From assembly GCA_021826255.1 (NCBI GenBank), contig JAKBAZ010000001.1, forward strand, positions 1-39,116: a stretch of 39,116 nt of DNA, in the 5' to 3' direction. This stretch comes from Actinomycetes bacterium. Lineage in GTDB: Bacteria; Actinomycetota; Acidimicrobiia; Acidimicrobiales; RAAP-2. Below the pieces are notes generated by a model. That model made no database searches, was not told the origin of the DNA, and was given only the letters and a program-made list of their open reading frames with translations. Shown here piece by piece: positions 17,592-28,937 of this stretch; the first letter of the stretch is position 1; every line of letters starts with the position of its first letter. A program made the translations under genes and the position numbers.

Positions 17592-20500
17592 GTGTTTCGC
17601 CCCGTCAGCGCTGAGATGAATTTTGTGGCCCTTGAGGAGCGCGAGCTCGCTCGCTGGCGCGAGAATCGGGTGTTCGAACGGACCCTCAGCGCGCGACAGG
17701 GTGCCGAGCCCTGGGTCTTTTACGAGGGTCCCCCCACGGCCAACGGCAAGCCCGGGCTCCACCACGTGTGGGCTCGGGTCTACAAGGACCTTTTCTGTCG
17801 TTACTGGACGATGCGCGGGCGCTTCGTAGCTCGTCGTGCGGGTTGGGACACTCACGGACTCCCCGTGGAGGTTCAAGTCGAGAAGCAACTCGGGATTTCG
17901 GGAAAGCGCGCCATCGTCGAGGAAGTGGGAGTTGCGGAGTTCACGCGTCTGTGTCGAGAGTCGGTGCTGACCTACGTCGGAGAGTTTGAACGACTTACTG
18001 AGCGAATCGGTTACTGGACCGATATGGAGAACGCCTACTTCACCTTCACCCCCGCCTACGTGGAGTCCGTGTGGTGGCAACTTCAACAACTCTTTTCTCG
18101 CGGTCTTCTCTACGAGGACCTCAAGGTCGTGCCCTACTGTCCGAGGTGCGGAACCGCACTATCCAGTCACGAACTGGGTCAACCCGGGGTGTACACCGAT
18201 GAAGTTGACGAAAGCTGTTACGTCAGCCTCAAGATCACCGATGACGGAGGTCGCGATCTGGCGGGAGCGACCCACCTGGCCGTCTGGACGACGACCCCGT
18301 GGACGCTACTCAGCAACATCGCGATAGCGGTGAACCCCGACATCACCTACGCCGTGGTGGGTGGGGTTGTGGTGGCGCAAGACTTGGTGGAGTCCGTCTT
18401 CGGGGAGGGAGCGAGCGTTCAGGGCACATTTCCCGGAACGGCGTTACTCGGAGTGCGCTACGCGCGTCCCTTTGAGGACGTTGCCGTGCCCGAGGGGACC
18501 GACGCCTTTTACGTGGTGGCGGCCGACTACGTGACGACCGAAGATGGTACGGGCCTCGTTCACCAGTCGCCGGCCTTCGGTGAGATTGACCGCCAGGTCA
18601 CTAAGGCTCACGGAATGCCCACCTTGAATCCGGTGGGTCCCGACGGATGTTTTACTGATGACGTCTCTTGGCTGAAGGGTCGAGCCGTCCGCGAGGCCAA
18701 TCACGACATCAACGACGAGCTCGAACGTCGCGGCCTCTTGATTCGCCGTTTCGACTACACCCACTCTCTCCCGCACTGCTGGCGATGCGGCACCGTGCTC
18801 ATCTATTGGGGCAAGCCCTCCTGGTACATCGCGACGAGTCAGTTCCGCGAGACATTAATGAGCGAAAACCAGACGGTCGACTGGCATCCCTCACATATTC
18901 GAGACGGTCGATTCGGGGAGTGGCTGTCCAACAATGTGGACTGGGCCCTCTCGCGCGACCGATTCTGGGGGACTCCGCTTCCGATATGGACCTGCTCAGC
19001 GGGGCACTACACGTGCGTGGGATCGAGGGCCGAGCTCTCCGCACTGGCCGGCCGCGACCTCTCCGAACTCGATCCCCATCGCCCCGCCATTGATGAGGTG
19101 GTTATCAACTGTCCCACGTGCTCCGAGCCCGCTCAACGAGTCGAGCCGGTGATTGACGCCTGGTTCGACTCGGGGGCGATGCCGTCGGCTCAGGTGGGAT
19201 ATCCCCACGCTCCCGGATCCGCGGAAGCCCGTCAATTCCCCGCGGATCTCGTTGTGGAGGCGATCGATCAAACTCGCGGTTGGTTCTACTCCCTCCTCGC
19301 CGTCAACACCCTCGTCTTTGGTCACACCCCTTACGAGCACGTCTTGTGCCTGGGCCACATCGTGGACGAGCACGGCAAGAAAATGAGTAAGTCTCAGGGC
19401 AACGTGATCGACCCCTGGGACGTCTTGAACTCCCGGGGTGCCGACTCGTTGCGGTGGTGGATGTTCTCCCAGGGTTCACCCTGGACCTCGACACGGGCGT
19501 CGTTGTCCGCCATCGACGCGTCGATGCGTGAGACTCTGGGAACTCTGTGGAACACGCTCTACTTCTTCACCACGTACGCCTCGCTGAACGAGTTCGACCC
19601 GCGGGACCCTGGCGTCCCTTACTGGTCCGAACGTCCCGCTATCGACCGATGGGTTCTCTCGCGCCTCGAGGACGTGACTGAGCGAGTCACGACGTCCCTC
19701 GAGGGGTATGAACCACTGGGCGCAGCGCACGCGCTGGGCCGATTCATCGACGATGTGTCGAACTGGTACGTCCGTCGTAGTCGCCGGCGCTTCTGGCGAA
19801 CCGACCCTCACGTGGAGGCGTCCGACTCCCTCAGTGCTCAAGCGACGTTGCTGGAGGTGCTCCAACGCGTCACCCTCTTGATTGCCCCGCTGTGCCCCTT
19901 TATCGCCGACGCGCTCTACCGTGAGCTCTTCGACGCCTCGCCGGAGGATTCGGTGCACCTGGCGGACTGGCCCGGCGTCGACTCTTCGCGCCGCGACGAG
20001 AATCTCGAAGCGCAGATGGAGGTGGCCCGCCGGGTGGTGTCACTCGGGCGCGCCGCGCGAGCCGACGCGAAAGTCAAAGTTCGCCAACCCTTGGGTCGAG
20101 CCCTGGTCTTCGTGGGACCCGACGAAGTGCGCCCACCCGAGGGCATCGTCGAGGAGGAACTCAACGTCGACCACCTGGACTTCGTCACTGAACTCTCCGA
20201 CGTATTGAGTTTTGAGTTGGTGCCAAATTTCCGCGCCGTTGGCCCCAAGCTCGGCGACGCCGTCAAGGAGCTACGGGGAGCACTCGCCACCCTCGATCCC
20301 GCCCTGGTGGTTCGAGAGTTTGAACTGGGCCACCCGGTCACGGTGTCGCTGTCAGCGGGTGAGGTCGCTTTAGTGTCCGACGACATCGAAATTCGCGTCA
20401 AGGGCCGAGGCGGGTACGCCGTGTCGAGGGACGGCGGGGAAGTGGTGGCCCTCGATCTGACTCTCACGGATGACCTCATTCGTCGAGGGCGACTGCGCGA

Positions 20501-20723
20501 GGTGGTCCGCCAGATTCAAGACCTCCGCAAGGCTGCCGGCTTCGACGTGTCCGACCACGTGGTGATCACTCTCGAGGGAGTTGAGGAACTGCGTGACGAG
20601 TCCGACATTCTCGCGCGAGAGGTTCTCGCCGACGAGGTCACGTTTGGTCACGGAGAAGGCCCGGGATCGCCCCTTGAACTCGACGATGATCGAGGGGCGA
20701 CGGTGTGGGTGCGCCGGGTCTAG
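17592..20723 (+). CDS. ileS: Isoleucyl-tRNA synthetase, type 2 (IleRS2)
   Basis: FYEGPPTANG, GWDTHGLPVE, WTTTPWTL, DWALSRDRFWGTPLP, DQTRGWFY and KMSKS; long type 2 C-terminus (REVVRQIQDLRK); RBS GAGGAG before GTG 17592. Confidence 0.97.
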   Translation: MFRPVSAEMNFVALEERELARWRENRVFERTLSARQGAEPWVFYEGPPTANGKPGLHHVWARVYKDLFCRYWTMRGRFVARRAGWDTHGLPVEVQVEKQLGISGKRAIVEEVGVAEFTRLCRESVLTYVGEFERLTERIGYWTDMENAYFTFTPAYVESVWWQLQQLFSRGLLYEDLKVVPYCPRCGTALSSHELGQPGVYTDEVDESCYVSLKITDDGGRDLAGATHLAVWTTTPWTLLSNIAIAVNPDITYAVVGGVVVAQDLVESVFGEGASVQGTFPGTALLGVRYARPFEDVAVPEGTDAFYVVAADYVTTEDGTGLVHQSPAFGEIDRQVTKAHGMPTLNPVGPDGCFTDDVSWLKGRAVREANHDINDELERRGLLIRRFDYTHSLPHCWRCGTVLIYWGKPSWYIATSQFRETLMSENQTVDWHPSHIRDGRFGEWLSNNVDWALSRDRFWGTPLPIWTCSAGHYTCVGSRAELSALAGRDLSELDPHRPAIDEVVINCPTCSEPAQRVEPVIDAWFDSGAMPSAQVGYPHAPGSAEARQFPADLVVEAIDQTRGWFYSLLAVNTLVFGHTPYEHVLCLGHIVDEHGKKMSKSQGNVIDPWDVLNSRGADSLRWWMFSQGSPWTSTRASLSAIDASMRETLGTLWNTLYFFTTYASLNEFDPRDPGVPYWSERPAIDRWVLSRLEDVTERVTTSLEGYEPLGAAHALGRFIDDVSNWYVRRSRRRFWRTDPHVEASDSLSAQATLLEVLQRVTLLIAPLCPFIADALYRELFDASPEDSVHLADWPGVDSSRRDENLEAQMEVARRVVSLGRAARADAKVKVRQPLGRALVFVGPDEVRPPEGIVEEELNVDHLDFVTELSDVLSFELVPNFRAVGPKLGDAVKELRGALATLDPALVVREFELGHPVTVSLSAGEVALVSDDIEIRVKGRGGYAVSRDGGEVVALDLTLTDDLIRRGRLREVVRQIQDLRKAAGFDVSDHVVITLEGVEELRDESDILAREVLADEVTFGHGEGPGSPLELDDDRGATVWVRRV

Positions 20724-21178
20724 CGCGCGTCGTTGAGTTTGGCCAGTAGGTGGGCCAACGTGGTGCGCTCCTCGCAGTCCAGTCGACCCGACAGCGTGCC
20801 GTCCAAATACGTGAGATGGACCCGAAGGGCGTCGTCGAGACGCGCCTGACCCTCGTCAGTGATGGCGACGTGCACGGCTCGTCGGTCACTCGGGCATAGC
20901 TGACGCTCTACCAAGTTGGCGTCCACCATCCGATCAATGAGACGGGTTGTTCCCCCGGTGGAGTGAACGATGGCGTCAGCAACCTGATTCATCTTCAAGC
21001 GACCCGAAGGCTCCCGTCGCAACTCCATCAGCACCTCGAAGAAGGCGAGGGGCATCTGGCAGTGCTCCTCGAGTTGTTGGGCCAGGTCCCGAGCTAATCG
21101 AGCGTTGGTCTCGAGCAAAAGACTAAAAAGGGTGACCCTCTCGTCTTGGGTGGCGCACGGTGAGGAGGACTGCGGCAT
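20720..21178 (-). CDS. MarR family regulator (RosR-like, Cys-containing)
   Basis: Winged helix-turn-helix STGGTTRLIDRM...ERQLCPSDRRA; divergent from yceI; TAAACT 6 nt before ATG. Confidence 0.9.
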   Translation of the reverse strand: MPQSSSPCATQDERVTLFSLLLETNARLARDLAQQLEEHCQMPLAFFEVLMELRREPSGRLKMNQVADAIVHSTGGTTRLIDRMVDANLVERQLCPSDRRAVHVAITDEGQARLDDALRVHLTYLDGTLSGRLDCEERTTLAHLLAKLNDAR

Positions 21179-21220
21179 TCCTTTAGTTTACTACTCATCT
21201 ATTGAAAATCAAAATATTGT

Positions 21221-21250
21221 TTGACAAGTTATTGCATAATCAACTATTCT
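21221..21250 (+). promoter_or_regulatory. Sigma70-type promoter for yceI (TTGACA-N18-TATTCT)
   Basis: Consensus -35 TTGACA at 21221-21226 and TATTCT at 21245-21250 in an AT-rich island. Confidence 0.65.
21229..21246. promoter_or_regulatory. Candidate MarR operator, imperfect 18-bp inverted repeat TTATTGCATAATCAACTA
   Basis: TTG-N6-CAA palindromic core lying in the promoter spacer; a weaker copy (TATTGAAAATCAAAATA) lies at 21200-21216. Confidence 0.55.
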
Positions 21251-21289
21251 GACACTCGACCCTACAAGCATTCCAACAAGGAGACTTCT

Positions 21290-21838
21290 ATGAGCAACTT
21301 CCCCGCCCCCGGCGTCTACACCGTCGACGTCGCCCACTCCCGCATCGGATTCGTGGCGCGCCACCTCGTGGTCTCGAAGGTCCGCGGGAACTTCACCCAG
21401 TTTGAGGGGACCGTCACTATTGGTGACACTCCAGAGTCGTCGTCAGTGACAGCGTCGGCTCAGGCCGCGAGCATCACCACCAATAATGAGATGCGCGACG
21501 GGCACCTGCAGTCGGCCGACTTCTTGGACGCGACGAACCACCCCCAGATCACCTTCGTCTCCACCTCGGTGAGTCCTAAGGGTGACAACGAGTACGCCCT
21601 CGTCGGCGACCTCACTATCCGCGGTGTCACGAAGTCGGTAACCTTCGACCTCGAGTTCACCGGTTCGGGCTCGTCGATGCAGCCCGGCGTCAGCGTGGCC
21701 GGATTCGAAGCGCGCACCGAAATCGACCGCCGGGACTTTGGCGTGAACTTCGAGGGTGTCCTCGAAAACGGGACTGCTGTCGTGAGCCACAAGATTGTCC
21801 TCGAGTTGGAGGTCGAACTGGCGAGCCAGGCCGCCTAG
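21290..21838 (+). CDS. yceI: YceI family polyisoprenoid-binding protein
   Basis: HSRIGFVARHLVVSKVRGNF, RDGHLQSADF, GDLTIRGVTK and IDRRDFG; RBS AAGGAG before ATG 21290. Confidence 0.93.
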   Translation: MSNFPAPGVYTVDVAHSRIGFVARHLVVSKVRGNFTQFEGTVTIGDTPESSSVTASAQAASITTNNEMRDGHLQSADFLDATNHPQITFVSTSVSPKGDNEYALVGDLTIRGVTKSVTFDLEFTGSGSSMQPGVSVAGFEARTEIDRRDFGVNFEGVLENGTAVVSHKIVLELEVELASQAA

Positions 21839-21853
21839 TTCGAACTTTCGCGG

Positions 21854-21895
21854 CGCCGCGGCGCCGGGGCTCGTCCCCGGCGCCTCGGCGTTTCT
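21854..21895 (+). terminator. Intrinsic terminator after yceI
   Basis: Hairpin CGCCGCGGCGCCGGGG-ctcgt-CCCCGGCGCCTCGGCG (one mismatch) followed by TTTCT. Confidence 0.75.
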
Positions 21896-21912
21896 CGTTC
21901 TACACTCGGCTC

Positions 21913-22041
21913 ATGAGCGACGACTCGACTCCGCGAAGCGCCCGGTCCACTCTTTCGGTGATCGGAGCCCTACTCGCCGTGCTGTCGGTGTGGCTGTGGC
22001 GACGTCGCTCGGACGACTCGACGGCGGAGGGTGACGGATAG
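21913..22041 (+). CDS. Unannotated 42-aa single-TM microprotein
   Basis: MSDDSTPRSARSTLSVIGALLAVLSVWLWRRRSDDSTAEGDG*; TACACT 6 nt before ATG; exactly fills the gap between the terminator and the MFS promoter. Confidence 0.6.
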   Translation: MSDDSTPRSARSTLSVIGALLAVLSVWLWRRRSDDSTAEGDG

Positions 22042-22061
22042 TTCCCCGTTAGCCTGATGGA

Positions 22062-23312
22062 GTGGCATTTTCGACGCTTCGACCCTTACGACACCGAAGC
22101 TTCGCTCTCGCCCTGGCCTCAAGTTTTATCTCCTCCATCGGGGGGTGGATGCAGAGCGTGGCCCTGGGTGTGTACTTGATTGAACGAACCCACAATCCCG
22201 TGTGGTTGGGCGCCGTCACCATGGCGGCGTGGATGCCCGCCCTCGTGGGATCTCCCCTGGGAGGCGTTGTCGCCGAGCGATACCTGCGTCAACGGTGGAT
22301 TCAGTTCAATAACATCGCGATGGCGCTCGAAGCGGGCGTGCTCGCCCTGCTCGCCTTGACCCACCACTTGACCCCCCTCGGGGCCACTTTTCTCGCGCTC
22401 GTGGAAGGGCTCTGCGGGTCGGCGTCGTGGGCGGCGTGGCAGTCGTTACTGCGCGACCTGGTGGACCGGGATGAAGTGCTCTCCGCTGTCTCCCTCTCAT
22501 CGGCTCAGTTCAATCTGGGTCGAGTCTTTGGCCCCATCGCGGCCGCCCTCGCTCTATCCCTCGGTTCGTTCGGGTGGAGTTTTCTGTTGAACGCCGCGTC
22601 CTTCGTCGTGGTGGTCATCGCGTTCGCCTTCGTCAAAGCTCCTCTGCGCCCCCCCGTCGTGAGCAAGGTACGAGTGTGGGCCGAACTTCGAGAGGGTGCG
22701 GTGTCAATGTGGCGGACCCCGGGATGTAGAAACCCCATCCTGGCGGTGGCGGGAGTCGGTATCGTTCTCAGTCCCTTCATCTCTCTCGTGCCGGCCATGG
22801 CCATTCAGGTACTCCACGTGGGTCGAACCGGCACCTCCTGGCTCGTCACCGCCCAGGGCGTGGGGGCGGTCGTTGCGGCCCTAGTTGCGCCCTCGCTCGC
22901 GCGAGCGACGTCGCGGATTACGGTCCTCGTCGCGGCGGGAGTTCTCAGTGCGCTCAGTCTCTTCGTCTACGCCGAAAGCCCCAACCTCCTTGTCGCCCTC
23001 GGAAGTTTGTTCGTCCTCGGTGGTGCCTACGTCGCGGTGATGACTGGACTCAATACGGCGGTGCAGTTGCACGCGCCCGAAGCGACTCGCTCACGGATCC
23101 TCTCTCTCTACACCTTGTCGCTGTCCGTCTTCTATCCCCTCGGAGCTCTCGCTCAGTCGTCGTTGACTCATCTCCTCGGGGTGCGCGGAGTGGAGTACCT
23201 GGCCGCGGGGGCCCTGTTCGCCTGGTGGGCAGGGGTAAAACTATTTCGGCCGAAATTCTTTGTCGTCATGGGACCCGTCCCGACACCCACCGCGATGGGG
23301 CTGGCAGACTAG
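22062..23312 (+). CDS. MFS transporter (DHA3/EntS-like)
   Basis: PLRHRSF N-terminus, ISSIGGWMQSVA, GGVVAERY and SAQFNLGRVFGP; TAGCCT 6 nt before GTG. Confidence 0.9.
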   Translation: MAFSTLRPLRHRSFALALASSFISSIGGWMQSVALGVYLIERTHNPVWLGAVTMAAWMPALVGSPLGGVVAERYLRQRWIQFNNIAMALEAGVLALLALTHHLTPLGATFLALVEGLCGSASWAAWQSLLRDLVDRDEVLSAVSLSSAQFNLGRVFGPIAAALALSLGSFGWSFLLNAASFVVVVIAFAFVKAPLRPPVVSKVRVWAELREGAVSMWRTPGCRNPILAVAGVGIVLSPFISLVPAMAIQVLHVGRTGTSWLVTAQGVGAVVAALVAPSLARATSRITVLVAAGVLSALSLFVYAESPNLLVALGSLFVLGGAYVAVMTGLNTAVQLHAPEATRSRILSLYTLSLSVFYPLGALAQSSLTHLLGVRGVEYLAAGALFAWWAGVKLFRPKFFVVMGPVPTPTAMGLAD

Positions 23313-23316
23313 GGCC

Positions 23317-24681
23317 ATGCCCTTCGTCTCGATTAACCCGGCCACCAACGAAGTCAACGAGCGTTACGACACGCACGACGCCGCCTACGTGGACGCCGCG
23401 CTCGAGCGCGCGGCTCTCGCGTTCGACGACTTTCGTCGATTGAGTATGACCGAGCGCGCGACGTTGCTCGAGCGCGCCGCCGAACTCATCGAGGGGGAGA
23501 TCCCGGTGATCGCCCACCTCATGACCTCGGAGATGGGAAAGACCTTTGCCGCGGCCAAGGGTGAAGCCTCCAAGTGCGCCATGACGATGAGGTACTTCGC
23601 CGAGCACGGGGCCGCCATGCTCGAGGAGGAGACCGTCTCAACTTCGGGGTCTAGGTCGGGGGTTCGCTACGAACCCGTGGGCCCGCTTCTCGCCATCATG
23701 CCCTGGAACTTCCCCTTCTGGCAGATCATTCGATTCGCCGCTCCCCAGTTGATGGCGGGAAATCCCATTGTGCTGAAGCACGCTCCCAACGTGCCCGGGT
23801 GTGCGGCGTACGTGGAGAGTCTCTTCGCTCGAGCGGGATACGCCGCGGGAGTGGTGACCAATTTGTTCATCGAGGTCGATCAGATTGAGTCGGTGATTGC
23901 GGACGAGAGAATCCGTGGAGTAACCCTCACTGGCTCAGAGCGCGCGGGACGTTCGGTGGCGGCCCTGGCGGGCAAATACCTGAAAAAGTGCGTTCTTGAA
24001 CTCGGTGGTTCGGACCCCTTCATCGTGGCGGCGTCGGCCGACCTCGATCGCACCGTTCCCATGGCGGTGACGGCTCGAGTGCAAAACAACGGGCAGGCCT
24101 GCATCGCCTCGAAGCGCTACATCGTGGTGCGCTCTATTGCCGACGAGTTCCTCGAGCGATTCGTGAAGGCCATGGGTGAGGTGACGATGGGAGATCCCAT
24201 GGCGACCGAGACCACTCTCGGTCCCATCGTGTCGCAGTCTCAAGTCGAGCTCCTCGACGCCCAGGTGTCGAGCTCGCTCACTCTCGGTGCCCGAGCCCTG
24301 GTGGGAGGGTCGAGGAGTGAGGGTCCGGGCTACTACTACCCGGCGACAGTCCTGGTCGACGTGCCGGGCGACGCGCGAGCCAGTTGCGAGGAGCTGTTCG
24401 GACCCGTCGCGGTGGTCAAGGTCGTCGACGACCTGGACGAGGCTATCGCGGTGGCCAACGACACCCCGTGGGGACTCGGTGCCTCGGTGTGGGCGCAAGA
24501 TCCGGCCGAGATTGATCGGGCGATCGCCGGACTGGACACGGGCATGGTCTTCGCTAACGCGATTGTGGTGTCCATGCCGGAACTCCCCTTTGGGGGTACG
24601 AAGAACTCCGGCTTTGGTCGCGAACTCGGATCACTCGGAATCAAGGAGTTCTGTAACGCGAAGTCCTACTTCGTGGCGTGA
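23317..24681 (+). CDS. NAD(P)-dependent succinate-semialdehyde dehydrogenase (Sad/GabD1-like)
   Basis: SINPAT start, MPWNFPFWQ, LELGGSDPF, NNGQACIASKR, EELFGPV and PFGGTKNSGFGREL. Confidence 0.85.
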   Translation: MPFVSINPATNEVNERYDTHDAAYVDAALERAALAFDDFRRLSMTERATLLERAAELIEGEIPVIAHLMTSEMGKTFAAAKGEASKCAMTMRYFAEHGAAMLEEETVSTSGSRSGVRYEPVGPLLAIMPWNFPFWQIIRFAAPQLMAGNPIVLKHAPNVPGCAAYVESLFARAGYAAGVVTNLFIEVDQIESVIADERIRGVTLTGSERAGRSVAALAGKYLKKCVLELGGSDPFIVAASADLDRTVPMAVTARVQNNGQACIASKRYIVVRSIADEFLERFVKAMGEVTMGDPMATETTLGPIVSQSQVELLDAQVSSSLTLGARALVGGSRSEGPGYYYPATVLVDVPGDARASCEELFGPVAVVKVVDDLDEAIAVANDTPWGLGASVWAQDPAEIDRAIAGLDTGMVFANAIVVSMPELPFGGTKNSGFGRELGSLGIKEFCNAKSYFVA

Positions 24682-25820
24682 CTCTGCACTACTTCGATCA
24701 CGCGGCCTCCGCGCCACGCAGTGACCGGGTGGCCGCCGCCATGGCCCCGTTTGAACGGGGGGTGGTGGCGAATCCCTCGGGTTCCCACCGGGCCGCGCGA
24801 GAAGCCCGTCGGGTGATCGAGGAGTCGCGCGACCTCGTCGCCGCCCACGTCGGAGCTCCGGCTGCGGGAGTGATCTTCACCGGCGGGGGTACCGAGTCGT
24901 GCACGTTGGCGCTCGCCGGAGTCGTGGCGGCGTCTCCCCCCGGGGCGCGCCGAGTGGTGGTCTCAGCCATCGAGCACCACGCCGTCCTCGACGCGGCGGC
25001 TCTCTGTCAGCGAGAGCTCGGAGCGGAGATCTCCGTACTGGGAGTCACCCGGAGCGGCGTGATTCGACGAGACGACGCCGAGGTCGCTCTGAGCGAGCCC
25101 ACCACGCTCCTCAGCGTGATGAGTGCGAATAATGAGACCGGCGTCGTGCAACCGGTAGCAGAACTCGCCGCACTAGCCCACGAGCGCGGGGTGAAGGTGC
25201 ACACCGACGCGGTGGCGGCGGCACCCTGGTTGGATCTACGAGTCGCTACGGCCGGGGCGGACCTCGTCTCGCTCGCGGCTCACAAGGTGGGCGGCCCCGT
25301 GAATTCGGGGGCTCTCGTCGTGCGAGGATCGGTCAATCTCCTCGCCCGTTCTCCCGGCGGCGGCCAGGAACGGGGCTGGCGTGGGGGCACCGTGGACGTG
25401 GCGGCCGCGGTGGGTCTCGCGGTGGCGCTCGACGAGGCGGCGGAGCGTCGCGAGGTCGCGCGCCGGCGCGCTGAGGCCCTGCGCGAGCGACTGTGGGGTG
25501 CGCTGAGCGACCTGGACGGGGTGAGTCGGACAGTTGAGGGAGTCGACACTCTTCCGGGAACCCTGCACCTGTGCGTGGCCGACGTGGCGAGTGACGAGTT
25601 GTTGTTCCTCCTCGACGAGGCCGGCGTTTGCGCGTCGGCGGGGGCGAGTTGTTCGAGTGGGGCGACTCAGGCCAGTCACGTCCTCATCGCGATGGGGGTT
25701 CCGGCGAACGAGGCGAGGGGAGCGGTGCGCTTCTCGTTCGGTTGGGAGACGACGGAGGATGACGTGGACGCCGCGGCCGCCGCAGTGCGCTCGGCGTACC
25801 AGCGACTTCGCCGACCCTAG
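24678..25820 (+). CDS. iscS: Cysteine desulfurase (IscS/NifS type)
   Basis: YFDHAAS, IEHHAV, ANNETG, HTDAV, AHKVGGP (PLP lysine) and catalytic SAGASCSSG. Confidence 0.92.
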   Translation: MTLHYFDHAASAPRSDRVAAAMAPFERGVVANPSGSHRAAREARRVIEESRDLVAAHVGAPAAGVIFTGGGTESCTLALAGVVAASPPGARRVVVSAIEHHAVLDAAALCQRELGAEISVLGVTRSGVIRRDDAEVALSEPTTLLSVMSANNETGVVQPVAELAALAHERGVKVHTDAVAAAPWLDLRVATAGADLVSLAAHKVGGPVNSGALVVRGSVNLLARSPGGGQERGWRGGTVDVAAAVGLAVALDEAAERREVARRRAEALRERLWGALSDLDGVSRTVEGVDTLPGTLHLCVADVASDELLFLLDEAGVCASAGASCSSGATQASHVLIAMGVPANEARGAVRFSFGWETTEDDVDAAAAAVRSAYQRLRRP

Positions 25821-25839
25821 GGCCTGGCAAACTGGAGAG

Positions 25840-28916
<3,077 letters not shown>

Positions 28917-28937
28917 TGAAGTACCGTAGGGGCTGAC

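Noticed and set aside
21795-22034. 79-aa ORF spanning the yceI 3' end
   Set aside because: It overlaps yceI and runs through the terminator. The 42-aa ORF at 21913 in another frame has a promoter and a coherent TM segment.
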